From assembly GCA_964016885.1 (NCBI GenBank), contig OZ024751.1, positions 15,934,001-15,998,000 on the forward strand: a stretch of DNA of 64,000 nt. Direction: 5' to 3'. The translations under genes were made by a program, and so were the position numbers. The stretch comes from Eledone cirrhosa (taxonomy: Eukaryota). Below the pieces are notes generated by a model. The model saw only the letters and a list, made by a program, of their open reading frames with translations. It made no database searches and was not told where the DNA came from. Within the stretch, counting starts at the first letter, position 1. Each line of letters begins with the position of its first letter. Below, one piece after another: positions 14,652-26,695 of this stretch.

Positions 14652-15272
14652 CACAGAAGTCAGAAGACACCCATACGTACACATGTATATGTATATGTAT
14701 GTATATATCTGTGTAAGTGTACATGCATATATATATATGTATGTATATATATATATATATATATAATATATATATATACGTATATATATATATATATATG
14801 TATATGTGTCTCTATGTGTGTGTGTGAGTGTGTCTGTGCTAATGTCTGTGGTAATGTATGTACAATTCATACATATGTATGTATGTTTGTGTGTTTGTTT
14901 AATTGTGCGCGCGTGCGCGCGTGTGTAAATAAAATCCTTACTAACATATTTTTGTTGCTAGTATATTTAAACATTTCTCGAGGTTGTTTCTTATTATCTG
15001 ATGTTGTTTGAGTAAACATTTCGTTAATTCTAGAATAACAATAAAGCTAATGGGAGCTCTAGGCTTACAATACTGTCAAATATTTCTACTATGACATATA
15101 AGAAACTTAACTATTGTCTCTGTTACTGTGTGTTAGAGACAATTTATTATTGTTTGTTTCACGATAAATACGAACCAGATATAATCCACCTGAAACATTT
15201 TAACTGATTTCAATATTTTCGATCTTTAGTCTAATTCTTAAACTAGATTTGGAAAATTCTCAAATTCTATGT

Positions 15273-15880
15273 GAGGCCAGCAATTTGAAGGGAAGGGGGA
15301 AAGTTGACCAAATCGGCCCCAGTGCCTTACTGGTATTTTACTTTATCAACCTCAGAGCGTTAATGGGACTTTCTTTTATTGATCAACGAGGGTGAAAGGA
15401 AAAGCTTAATCTCGGTGGCATTTGAACTCAGAACGTAAAGGGACGTCACTTTATGCTGCAGAGCATATGAATAAATTGTATATATGTCAGACAAAAAACA
15501 TAAAAAACTAAGAAAGTCTTAATATGGATATTCCATTGAGTATCGTACAGTTCAAAAATACTAAATTATATATCATTATCGTGGGTTCCCCGTTAGTTTC
15601 GACAATTGAGCATTCAGTCGATTGATCAACTGGGTGCCAGCTCATGAATTTATGTGTACATGTAATGGCCCTTTAAATTCTATCTAATTATTAGTTTCTA
15701 CATTTGGCACAAGGCCAGCGATTTCAAAGGAAGGGGAAAATCGATTGACTCGATACAAGTGCGTTACTGGTACTTTATTTTATCGACCCCCGCCCCTAAG
15801 GATTAAAGCCATAGCTAACCTCAGCAAGATCTGAACTCAGAACGTAAAAGGCCGTAACTACATGCTGCAAAGCATGTTGT
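15273..15880 (-). mobile_element. Two older diverged SINE copies
   Basis: Reverse-complement SINE body (ctggtactttatttt atcgacccc ... tgaactcagaacgtaaa) at ~15273-15465 and ~15700-15880. Similar decayed copies at ~23720-23930, 39645-39770, 39965-40045, 46340-46495, 46610-46710 and 56060-56140. Confidence 0.7.
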
Positions 15881-16220
15881 CATTTGAATCATGTAGTTAC
15901 ATCCCTTTACACGCTAGCTAATTATTAAAATCAATCCCACATTTATTACACATATCTCGTGGGAATATAGATAGATTAAACTGTCTTCTGTCCGCCATTT
16001 GTTATCATATTTTTGACAAATGGCTCTCTATCATATTTAATTGATATTCCTCATATTTGTATCCAACATTGTTATTTTTCTTTTGTCCTATCATATTCAT
16101 TATAATTAAAATTATTAATTTATCGATTTTTACCAATTTTCTACTCGGCGACATTACCATTACATCGATTCTTAACACATACTGGAAACGGTAATTCAGC
16201 TTCAGTTCCTGCCTATCAAA

Positions 16221-16280
<60 letters not shown>

Positions 16281-16583
16281 ATATAAATAATTAAAAATAT
16301 ATTAAGTATATAAAACCTAAGCCAAAATCTGGTGGGATATAAGCCAAATCGGCTAAAACAGGTCAGCTTTAACTTATATAATACCCCGACATATAATGAT
16401 ACAAGGACGATATGTTATGCCCTCATCACGTATATTGATTCGTTTCGCTATTGATCATCTCAAGGTTCGATCTTTATCGATCTGGCCCGACTCAGGAATC
16501 AAAAGTTTGTCGCTACAGACGTGAATCTAAACATCAAGTGGTCACCTGGGTGAACCTACAGTATACTTCACCTTACACTCCCT

Positions 16584-16631
<48 letters not shown>

Positions 16632-16839
16632 TTCTTCTTCGCCCACTTATTCCTGGGACGTTCGTGGTGTCTGAGTTCTCAAACACTCTGGTGAAGGCAC
16701 ACAAAGGTCAGATAACTGTATTAAACCAGGCAACGGATTGAATCTACTCTCCAAGGAACAGAAATTATCTTTCCGCCAACAAAACGCTTGCTTCCAAGGG
16801 TTAAGTGCCTGCCGAGGCTGTTGCAAGATCGAGCACTTA

Positions 16840-17185
16840 ATCACGTATTTGGGAAGCAAATGTTCTTAACCACAATCCAACAGTCGTATTTGGGAAGCAA
16901 ATGTTCTTAACCACAATCCCCAAATCGTATTTGAGTAACGAAGTTCTTAACCACAGTCCTACAATCATATTTGATAGAAGCTTAGTTCCGAACCATGCAA
17001 CTGTAATTATAGACTTGCATTGGATAAAAGCGAAGTTCTTAACCATACAACTATAATCATGCATGAGCATTTGAGAGAAGTGAAATCCTTAACTATACAA
17101 CTGTAATTCTACATTTGTATTGGATAGAAGCGATGTTCTTGACCATACAACTGTAATCATTTGATAGAAGCGAAGTTCTTTACAA
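16840..17185. repeat. Degenerate ~40-55-bp tandem repeat
   Basis: Recurrent gaagc(g)aa(g)ttcttaaccat/caca units. Confidence 0.65.
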
Positions 17186-17426
17186 AACAATAATCGAACT
17201 GTCGTACAGTAAAAGACGTTCAAGCAGCCCAATCAGAGTTATTTGACTGATTAGATATCAGTTTTTGGTCAATCCTAGATTGAACCCGATTTTGCAGACC
17301 AATCATCAACCGTGTTCTAACACTGACAATCCTGTACTTTCACTTCACACTTCCTGTGTATAATTCTAGATCATCCTCAAATAATATTAGGTATCATCTT
17401 CTCTAAACCGACGTTGTAATAATAGC

Positions 17427-17474
<48 letters not shown>

Positions 17475-18050
17475 GTGGTGACGATGATGGTGATGATGAT
17501 GATGGCTCTGATAGTAATGATGATGGTTATGATGATGATGTTGCTGATGATGATGGTGATGACGATGTTGAGGATAACAAGGGTGATGGTGACATCGATG
17601 ACGATGATGATGATGATGATGATAGTGATGATGGTAATGGCGATGCTGCTGCTGATGATGATGACGACGATGGTGATGATGATGATGATGGTGGTGGTGA
17701 TGATGATGATGATGGTGATGATGATTATGATGGTCATGTGATGATGATGGTGGTGGTGATGATGATGGTTATGATGATGGTGATTGTTATTATTATGATG
17801 GTGGTGGTGATGATGATGACAATGACGATGATGATAATATTGATGATGATGATGGTGATGATAATTATGATGATAGTGATGATGATTATGATGGTGATGT
17901 GGTAATGATAGTGAAAATAACGATAGTGATGGTGATGGTGATGGTGGTGGTGATGGCAACGATGATGTTAATGACAACGGTAATATTAAATGATAATGTT
18001 GATGATGATGATGATGATGATGATGATAACGATAACGATGATGATGATGG
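17427..18050. repeat. (GAT/GGT)n trinucleotide tract
   Basis: Direct reading. Confidence 0.95.
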
Positions 18051-18589
18051 TTCTAACAATGACGATTTGCTTCTCTCTTCTCTGTTTTCTTTTCCTTTCT
18101 TTGCTGTTCAGCTCTTAAAGAGCTGCCGTTGTATAAAGTACAAACCGAAATAATGCTTTCGCATTAATCATTATTACCTTCAAAACATATCATTATCGTA
18201 AAACCTGATCGCCATTTTAAAAAATTCAAAGCAAGACTAAAACTGAAACTAAAAGGGATGAAATATCAATCGGAATAAAGTGAAAACAAAACAAGTAAAT
18301 ATATTGGGTCGTGAAGTATGGAATTTGTAAAAATTTGCTTCTTTTCCGAAAATCTTTTACACATTTCATACTTGACGACTCATTATTTTCAAAACTAGAG
18401 CATCCTTCCACCAATCAGCATTGCTCGAACTATTTTCTGCTATTCTTTCGAAACGATTTCTCTTACAAAAAGGTCAACCAATTTTTTTGCTTCATTACAG
18501 CAAGGTTAATTTTCCTGTCAGAACTGAAGGTATAATTCTCTGCAGCTGCCAGCAAATCAGTTTCAATGTGCAACTGGTTTATTTGATTG

Positions 18590-18709
18590 ACTTTTCTTTC
18601 TCTCCTCTTCATCATTCCTCTATCTTTCTTTCTCTTTTTCTCTCTCCGCCCTTTCTGTCTCCTCCTCCTCCACCCCCTCTGCTTGACTTTTCTTTTTTCT
18701 TTCTTCCTC

Positions 18710-18741
<32 letters not shown>

Positions 18742-18961
18742 GCCCGCTCCGACTCCGACTGCTGTCTCGTTCTCTCTTGCTGTCTCTCTCCATCACTCAC
18801 TCTCTCTCTCTCTCTCCATCTTTTCATATAGCACTGGATTTCCCTCTATCTTTCTCCTCTTCCTCCTCCCCCTCATCCTCCTCCTCCCTCGTTCTCTCTT
18901 GCTGACTCTCCCGTCATTCACTCTCTCTCAATCTCTTTACATAGCACCGGATTGCCCACTA

Positions 18962-19031
<70 letters not shown>

Positions 19032-19118
19032 CCTCTCCATATCTCGTTCTCTCTTGCTGTCTCTCCCCGTCACTCACACTCTCTCTCCATCTTTTATATA
19101 GCATTGGATTTCCCTCTT

Positions 19119-19161
<43 letters not shown>

Positions 19162-19270
19162 CTCCTCCTCCTCCTTTTCCTCCACCTCCTCCACCCCCTC
19201 CTCTACCACCCCTCCTCCCCCTTCTCACCCCCTCTCTGTCTCTTCCAGTCACACACTCACTCTATCTCTC
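18590..19270. repeat. (CT)n/(CCT)n polypyrimidine tract with internal duplications
   Basis: Direct reading. ctcgttctctcttgctg occurs three times. Confidence 0.9.
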
Positions 19271-19463
19271 GCCATCCCTTTATATAGAACTGGATTGCTT
19301 TGTATTAAAATACATTCTGTTGTCTTCGCAAAATAAATGGATTATTTTTTTTTTGTTCGGATTCAAGTCGCCAGAAAAATAGAGCAAAAAGAAAGAAACA
19401 AACAAATGAATAACAGCAACTAATTATTTTGTTCTATAACGATGTTCATTATTATTATTACTG

Positions 19464-19506
<43 letters not shown>

Positions 19507-19542
19507 TATTATATATTATTATTAACATTATTATTATTATTA

Positions 19543-19920
19543 TGGCAGTATCGGTAGAGGGTTGGACGCCATGCTTTCTAGCATAGTTACGTCCCTTTAC
19601 AGTCTGAGTTCAAATCCCGCCGAGGTTAACTTTTCCTTTCATCCTTACGGGGTCGATAAAATAAAGTACCAGTAATACACTGGGAAATTGCTGGCCTTGT
19701 GCCAAAAGTAGAAACAATTATTAACATTATTATTATTATTATGGCAGTATCGGTAGAGGGTTGGACGCCATGCTTTCTAGCATAGTTACGTCCCTTTACA
19801 GTCTGAGTTCAAATCCCGCCGAGGTTAACTTTTCCTTTCATCCTTACGGGGTCGATAAAATAAAGTACCAGTAATGTACCGGGTAATTGCTGGCCTTGTG
19901 CCTAAAGTAGAAACAATTAT
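19543..19920 (+). mobile_element. tRNA-type SINE, tandem dimer
   Basis: A-box-like tggcagtatcggtag, B-box gttcaaatccc, body cctttcatccttacggggtcgataaaataaagtaccag, tail agaaacaattatt. Two near-identical units. Confidence 0.85.
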
Positions 19921-19931
19921 TATTATTATTA

Positions 19932-20322
19932 TAGTTGCATTTATCTTGCTTTATGTTCATACGAGTTATCACCAAGTCACAACCAGTGACCTCAAGAGAC
20001 AACAAGGTCCGCCATGTTCAAGAAAGAACATACACACACATGCATCTTTAGACTTGTGATGTACTTATATTGACAGAATCTTCCTTAGTATATGGGCAGT
20101 TCCCATTAGTACTATCTTTTGTATTTCTCCTATACGCGGGTTTGCTGGGATTTGCGATAAGTAATTATTAGACCCCTTAGGTATCATTCCCAGAGCGCCT
20201 ACAACCACTGGTATTGTTTTAGTTCTCGATTTCCAGATTTTTCCAATTTCTATCTCCAGGTCCTTATACTTGCTCAATTTTTCAAATGTTTTTATAGATA
20301 CATTCTTGTCTATTGGAACAGA
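19932..20322 (-). mobile_element. R4/Dong-like LINE 3' fragment (restriction-like endonuclease C-terminus)
   Basis: 'KYKDLEIEIGKIWK...IPVVVGALGMIPK...QKIVLMGTAHILRKIL'. Flanked on both sides by (ATT)n/(TAA)n, the known Dong target. Confidence 0.8.
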
Positions 20323-20328
20323 TTATTA

Positions 20329-20380
<52 letters not shown>

Positions 20381-20382
<2 letters not shown>

Positions 20383-20510
20383 TTTTATATCTTCATTGTT
20401 AAATTAGTCTTGCCATTGTGCACTTTTACTCGACCTTATTGTAAACCCCTACTGTCCCTGTCTTTGTATTATCCACTACATGTCGGCCCTTGTGGCTAAT
20501 AAAGGAAATC
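20381..20510 (+). mobile_element. Short 3'-end fragment related to the Tx1-like LINE
   Basis: Ends gcccttgtggctaataaag, shared with the LINE 3' end at ~45534-45552. Embedded in (ATT)n. Confidence 0.6.
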
Positions 20511-20746
20511 ATTATTATTATTATTATTAGTAGTAATAGTAGAACCTTTCATATGATCAAACGTTAATTGGAATTAATGAATGCACAATATTAATTAGCA
20601 GACCTTTGCTTTATAAACATTTTTTTGGGCGTGCTGGTTATAAATTTTCGCTTGACATATTGTCCATATATCGCATGGATAAAGCACTAGAGCTATTTAT
20701 TCATGCTATTGATATTAATTCTCCTTATCTTTTCTTTTCCACACAG

Positions 20747-20803
20747 ATGAACCGCACCAACGTACATTTTTGAATTGTGGGGATACAACAACATCTAACG
20801 CGA
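20747..20803 (+). CDS. Candidate 57-bp internal exon of an unidentified host gene
   Basis: Pyrimidine tract tcttttcttttccacacAG, donor GTAAGT, length divisible by 3, open in phase 1 ((D)EPHQRTFLNCGDTTTSNA). Confidence 0.4.
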
Positions 20804-21004
20804 GTAAGTTAGCCATCTCTTTTCAAACTCTATTCTGTCTCGTTGAAACATGTTGATGTATTTCGAGTTGGATTCAGGTCATACATTTCTGCTGCTACTT
20901 TGGCGTGCTGTTTGTGTAGTGTAATGACATGAGCTGTCTACTGGGTTAGGGTTATGAATATGGTTAAGTTTAGCTGAATGGTATATGTGCAGGTAGACTG
21001 CATG

Positions 21005-21300
21005 TCGAACTGTAAACGGTAAAGTAGCGCATACCATGTATAGATAATAAGGTAGAGTGTATACTATGTATAACTGATGTGGTAGAGCGCATACTACGTG
21101 TTAATGATACGGCTGAGTGCATACTATGTACGGTAGAGTGCATACTACATGTAAATGATACGCTAGAGCACATACTAAGTGCAAATGGTACAGCTTACGT
21201 AGAGCACTCATTATGTATAAATGATAATCGAACGCATACAAAGTGTAAATGGTACATTAGAGCACACACTGCATGTAAATGGTAAGATAGATCACACATA
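21005..21300. repeat. Degenerate ~30-bp minisatellite
   Basis: Recurrent ggtagagtgcatactatgtataaatgata-like units. Confidence 0.65.
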
Positions 21301-21323
21301 ATGATACTAAGTAGTACCATTTA

Positions 21324-21552
21324 TTAACACTTTTGACACTAACCTACCTGAAACCACACGAGGTTCTATAACACAAAGCTTTTTATTTTAAGGTGTTCGT
21401 ATTTAAAGTTAAGCCTTCCATCAATTAGTTAAGCTATGCTTTAAATTTCAACTTAATCATGAAAAATACTTCAAAATACTTGATTATTTTCAAAATGAAT
21501 AGAACATCATAGACATAGTATCTTATTGGAAATCTTGTAACCAAAGGGTTAA
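21324..21552. mobile_element. piggyBac-like MITE remnant
   Basis: TTAA-cactttt ... aaaggg-TTAA ends. Confidence 0.4.
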
Positions 21553-21701
21553 GGGAGATGCAACATTTATACTTTTTCCAAAGACTATTACTGACATAAA
21601 GGAACGAAGTATATTGAACCTAAATTCAAAATGATGTTCAGGATTTAGATGATTTAAATGAGGTTTGAGTCTTGGTTGACCAAAGATCACAAACTATATT
21701 C

Positions 21702-21860
21702 ACCGTATTTCCCGGCACCAAAGACGCTTCGTCATTGAAGACGTACCTTAGTTTTGACAACCAAAAATTAAAAAAAAAAATAATAAACAACCTCCGGCCT
21801 CCAGGACGCATGGTATATTTTTGAGACTAATTTTAGAAAAAAAATAGCGTCTTCGACGGT
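21702..21860. mobile_element. pogo/Tigger-like MITE remnant
   Basis: accgtatttcccggcaccaaagacgc ... gcgtcttcgacggta. Confidence 0.35.
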
Positions 21861-22283
21861 AAGTCTTGGTTCACCGGGCGGTCACCATTCCTATATAACA
21901 ATATATTAGTTAAATACTTTCAGATTCGCTCAACTGTTAATACCAGAAACAGTAACATAGTCTTTATATGATGATCAGATAGATACAACACGTATATAAT
22001 ATCTCACTCTGATCGATCGACAAAATCCAGACCTCGTTCGTTTGCCGAGGTGGGTGGACCTGGTCAAATCAAACCAAGGAAACAATGTTTCTATTGGTCT
22101 TTCCATTGAATATAATATCTAATTAAACAAAACCGGTGTATGTTTGTTGAATATATTCTATATATTTGTTGATTAAAGGATTAAAAAAGATCTTTATATA
22201 TTGACAGAAAAGATTAAGACCATACATTTTAAATAGATACTACACCCCCCACACATATATATATATAATATATATATATATAT

Positions 22284-22832
22284 GGTGGCTGCCAACTCGT
22301 TTTCGAGTACGGCCACTACTTTATATCCATGTAGGAGAACCCCTACTGATGCGCTGAACGAGTGACTTTTTAGTCCAGCCAGCGACTTGAAAACTCTGGT
22401 ACAAAGACTACACTTGTGACAATTATTGACACATAGTGTTGGGCCCATGGTACCATGTGACGACAAGTGCAGAGAGATCTCCAGATATAAAGCAATGCCT
22501 GTGCCGTGAAGCTTTTATAGTGAGCAAAGGCACTGCACAAAGCCAGTCCCACTCTCTTAACCAAGATGATATTTACCAAAAAGAAGAACAAGTCAACATC
22601 ATTGGATACCATCAGGGTTGCAGGTGTTATATCAGAGTTTTCCTTCTCCTAGAATTCTGCCTTGACAAAGGCTAAGGGGTCATCTCTCCCGGTGATTTTG
22701 GATGGCCATTGACTCTTAAGAGCTCCTTTGCCCTTTGACAGGTTTTGTTTTTAGTCCTGCAGGATGTCCAAAGTCACCCTCCTCACCAAGAAACCTTGGT
22801 GGGGTTGCCAGTTTAGTCGCCAACGACCCGAC
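22284..22832 (-). mobile_element. Non-autonomous RTE-like derivative, copy 1
   Basis: Near-identical to 37286-37832. Minus strand has a degenerate C2H2-like '[18 protein letters not shown]' near its 3' end. Flanked by (TA)n. RTE assignment is inference. Confidence 0.6.
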
Positions 22833-22916
22833 CGATATATATATATATATATTAATAATAATAATAATAATAAAAAGGAACAAAGAATCAGTATTGCAAC
22901 ATTTAGATATTTAATT

Positions 22917-23008
22917 ACATATTACATATGTTTCACTGCCAATCAGCTCGAGGAATGATCGACTAATGTTCAATCCTGACTCTGGAATTGGAAGCTCCTC
23001 AGTTATGT
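22917..23008 (-). ncRNA. Hammerhead motif with extended helix II
   Basis: Minus strand: acataa-CTGAGGA-gcttccaat...attggcagt-GAAA-catatg-TA-atgt. Palindromic helix III; helix I is imperfect. Confidence 0.65.
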
Positions 23009-23543
23009 GTTCACATGTAGACGTACATATGTATATAAATAGATAGATAGATTATTACACACACACACACACACTCACACACACACACGCACACATACAT
23101 ATATATATAAATATATATATATATTTATATATATACAAATATATTACACAAATAGAAGTGTGTTACACAGTGAGGTCCATTTTTCTTTGAGCTAATATTA
23201 TTATTATTACTGTGGTTAACTTTGCCTTTCATCCTTACGGGGTCGATAAAATAAAGTACCAGTAATACACTGGGTTATTGCTGGCCTTGTCCCTAACGTA
23301 GAAACAATTATTATTATTACTGTGAACTGCGGAATACTCTTAATTCCGAACTAGTATATATATATATATATATACATATATAACAAAGAGGGTATGGTAA
23401 GATACCAGGTAGACCATAACGCGCCAGAGTACTCGATACTTAGGGTAGTAGAGTGGGCAATATGACATATTCCGGACCCCGACGGCTGAGCTCCGGCCGT
23501 TTCGACAGCTAGATCCGATCTGTCGGATCTAGCTGAATCTTTT

Positions 23544-23720
<177 letters not shown>

Positions 23721-23973
23721 ATTTCTAAGTTAGGCAGAAGACCAGCATATTTTGGGGAAGGACAAAGTTGATTAAATTAGCACCAGTAATTAACTGGTGC
23801 TAATTTATTTTATCTAGAGAGGGATGATGAAAAGCAAAGTTGACCTTCGCGGTATTTGAACTCAGAATGTAATTAGCCGTAACAAATACACTGATGGCAT
23901 TTTGTCCGACGCTCTACCAATTCTGCCAACCCACCACACTACTGTACACACACGCACATACACACACACACAC

Positions 23974-24004
<31 letters not shown>

Positions 24005-24185
24005 TACACACATATATATATGTATATATATATATATTTATTTAGGTTTGTTGGTTCACCACTGGATAGAACTGGTCATTCCGTATGGTCAACCTCGATG
24101 TAATATTATGGAGAGCACTCAACGTAAAGCAACTGACCCGTCTTCGTTTGTGTAGTTGGTGGTGCGAGTACGGAGTTAATTATTA

Positions 24186-24551
24186 TAAAATAACAGGAGG
24201 CTGGACTGGTGTAAATCCTTGAAAGGTTTATTATACCATGATGACTTCACTGACCGGGTTAAGTATGAATCGGGCGACATCATCAGGTATTCAAAATATA
24301 ACAAAGGAATATAACAGATAAAATCCATGGGGCTGAAAATCAGAGACAAGAGGACGACCAACTATTTAGCAGCTTCTACCTCTGTCGGCCGCCCTCAAGT
24401 GAGGGCGGCCGACCGAGGTAGCTGTTATATTCCTTTGTTATATTTTGAATACCTGATGATGTCACCAGATTCATACTGAATCCGGTCATTGAAGTGATCA
24501 TGGTATAATAAACCTTTCAAAGATTTACACCAGTCCAGCCTCCTGTTATTT

Positions 24552-24553
<2 letters not shown>
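24186..24553. repeat. Nested inverted repeat
   Basis: Outer arms 24186-24318 / 24422-24553. Inner GC hairpin ctacctc..tcggccgccctca / tgagggcggccga.cgaggtag. Confidence 0.9.
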
Positions 24554-24610
<57 letters not shown>

Positions 24611-24613
<3 letters not shown>

Positions 24614-25480
24614 GTTACTGAACGAAGACAAATTCGAACTGATCCACTTTGGAAAAGAGGATGCTCTGAAACTCCCGTACTCCCTTCCCTCCGGTGAAAC
24701 TCTCGTGGCATCTAACAACATCAGAGACTTGGGAGTAACCGTGGACAGCAACATAAGCTGGGCCACGCATATAAGCAGCAAAGTTGACATGGCCCGCAGT
24801 ATGTGTTCCTGGATCATCAGAACCTTCCAGTCGAGAGATTCCCACACCATTATCCTTCTCTTCTGTACTTTTGCCCGACCATACCTTGAATACTGTTGTC
24901 CACTGTAGTCTCCCCACACGAAACAAAGTATCATGAAACTTGAAGCTCCTCAAAGGGCAATCACGAAAAAGATAGATGGCATGTCAGACCTTGACTACTC
25001 GGGTCGACTAGAAAAGCTGAAACTTTACTCACTCCAACGTCGCCGTGAGCGTTATATTATCTGCATGATGTGGAAAATGTTTCATCATCACTGCCCAAAT
25101 GATGTTGGCATCACCTTCAAAATACACCCAAGGCTTGGGCCCCGTGCTATCCGTCCCAAACAAAAATCTAAATCGCAACTCATAACAACAATACGGCACA
25201 ATTATTTCACCTCAATTGGCCCTGCTCTCTTCAACATCACACCAGGACACGTCAAAACAGAAATTGACCACACAAAATTCAAGAAGTCTTTGGACAAATT
25301 CCTCCAAGTAATCCCGGACAAACCACCCACACCCGGATATGTCTCCGCAAACAGTAATTCTCTTCTCGAATGGGCCATGGTGCCCAAATCCTGAATTGAA
25401 AGACTTCGCCAGGTGGTGCTATTAAGTTAGACATGGCCTGGGCCAATACTGGCCAAAACATTTCAAAGTTATTCAAAGTT
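24611..25480 (+). mobile_element. CR1/L2-group LINE 3' fragment (RT C-terminus), premature stop at ~24906
   Basis: 'LNEDKFELIHFG...RDLGVTVDSNISW..HI...ARPYLEYCCPL*SP...LEAPQRAITKKI...LKLYSLQRRRER'. Ends in a short duplicated tail ttcaaagtta. Inserted in (TA)n. Confidence 0.85.
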
Positions 25481-25764
25481 ATATATATATATATATATAT
25501 GGAAGCTTAGTAAAATCGAAACATTGGCTGTGAGCAAGCAAAGTCGACCTACAATATGAATGAGTTAGCAAAGCACTCAATAAGGGTAGGTCCTTAGAGT
25601 AATAACATACGTTTAAATAGCTTGACAAATTGAACATTGTGGTAGGCAAAACCCAACACACACTATCAAAGTAACGAAAAAACTAACAAGTTTAAAAAGA
25701 TACACCTGGAGAAATTAAACGATTTACGTTTAAAGTGTTTCTGTGAATCCGAAATCAAATATCC

Positions 25765-25801
<37 letters not shown>

Positions 25802-25830
25802 ATTATGTGATAAACAACATAAGGCAATTA

Positions 25831-25889
25831 TTCCATTTACCAGTGGTTTCTTAAAAGCAAAAGGTTTTGCTTTCAATCCTCAGAACGAA
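25831..25889 (-). ncRNA. Type I hammerhead ribozyme motif (diverged relative of 6877-6941)
   Basis: Minus strand: ttcgtt-CTGAGGA-ttgaaagcaaaaccttttgcttttaa-GAAA-ccactgg-TA-aatggaa. Confidence 0.8.
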
Positions 25890-26180
25890 AAAATCCTGGT
25901 TTGTTTATTGAATTTGGATTACAAAAACAAAAATGCAATCTATATGAAAGTGAGGCTGGAGAAGGGAGAAGGAAAGGAAAAATAAAATAAAATAAAACTA
26001 CGCATGCAAACACACACACAAAAAAACCCCAAAAGCATACTTACACACACATACATATATACATATATATATGTACGCATACATATATACATATACACAT
26101 ATATATAAAACGTACACTCACATACACATATATACACACATATACACATACATACATTAATACATATACACACACGCACA

Positions 26181-26236
<56 letters not shown>

Positions 26237-26256
26237 TACACACACACATATATATA

Positions 26257-26310
<54 letters not shown>

Positions 26311-26695
26311 GGTGTGTATATTGTGTATATTGATTGAATAAAACAAGCAAAGTAACGGATTGACATAGAATTTATATTGATTGAATAGAGTTAAACTGTA
26401 TCAATAGACATAGCCTGTATTTATTGACTGAGTATAGTAAGAACATATGGTGAATGGTTAGACAGAGTGTGAAAGTTAATGATTTGATAGAGACAATATT
26501 TCAATGGTAATTGTGCAGACATAAGCTTTACATGTTCACTGGATAAATACTGGTTGTATTTCTTCAATAGATAAAGTGAGACAATATGGCTAGAGGCTAA
26601 CGTCATGTCGTTTTACTGTGTGGTCATGGTAGGATAGCAAAGTGATTATAACTCTCTTCGGGACCCGTTAAAGAAAGAAGGAAGAAAGAAAAGGT

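Noticed and set aside
17387-18153. Poly-Met / poly-His / poly-Ile ORFs
   Set aside because: Frames of a (GAT)n tract.
24448-24510. Hammerhead (CTGATGA) in the nested inverted repeat
   Set aside because: The second box reads GAAG in both arms and there is no valid NUH. At most a decayed motif.
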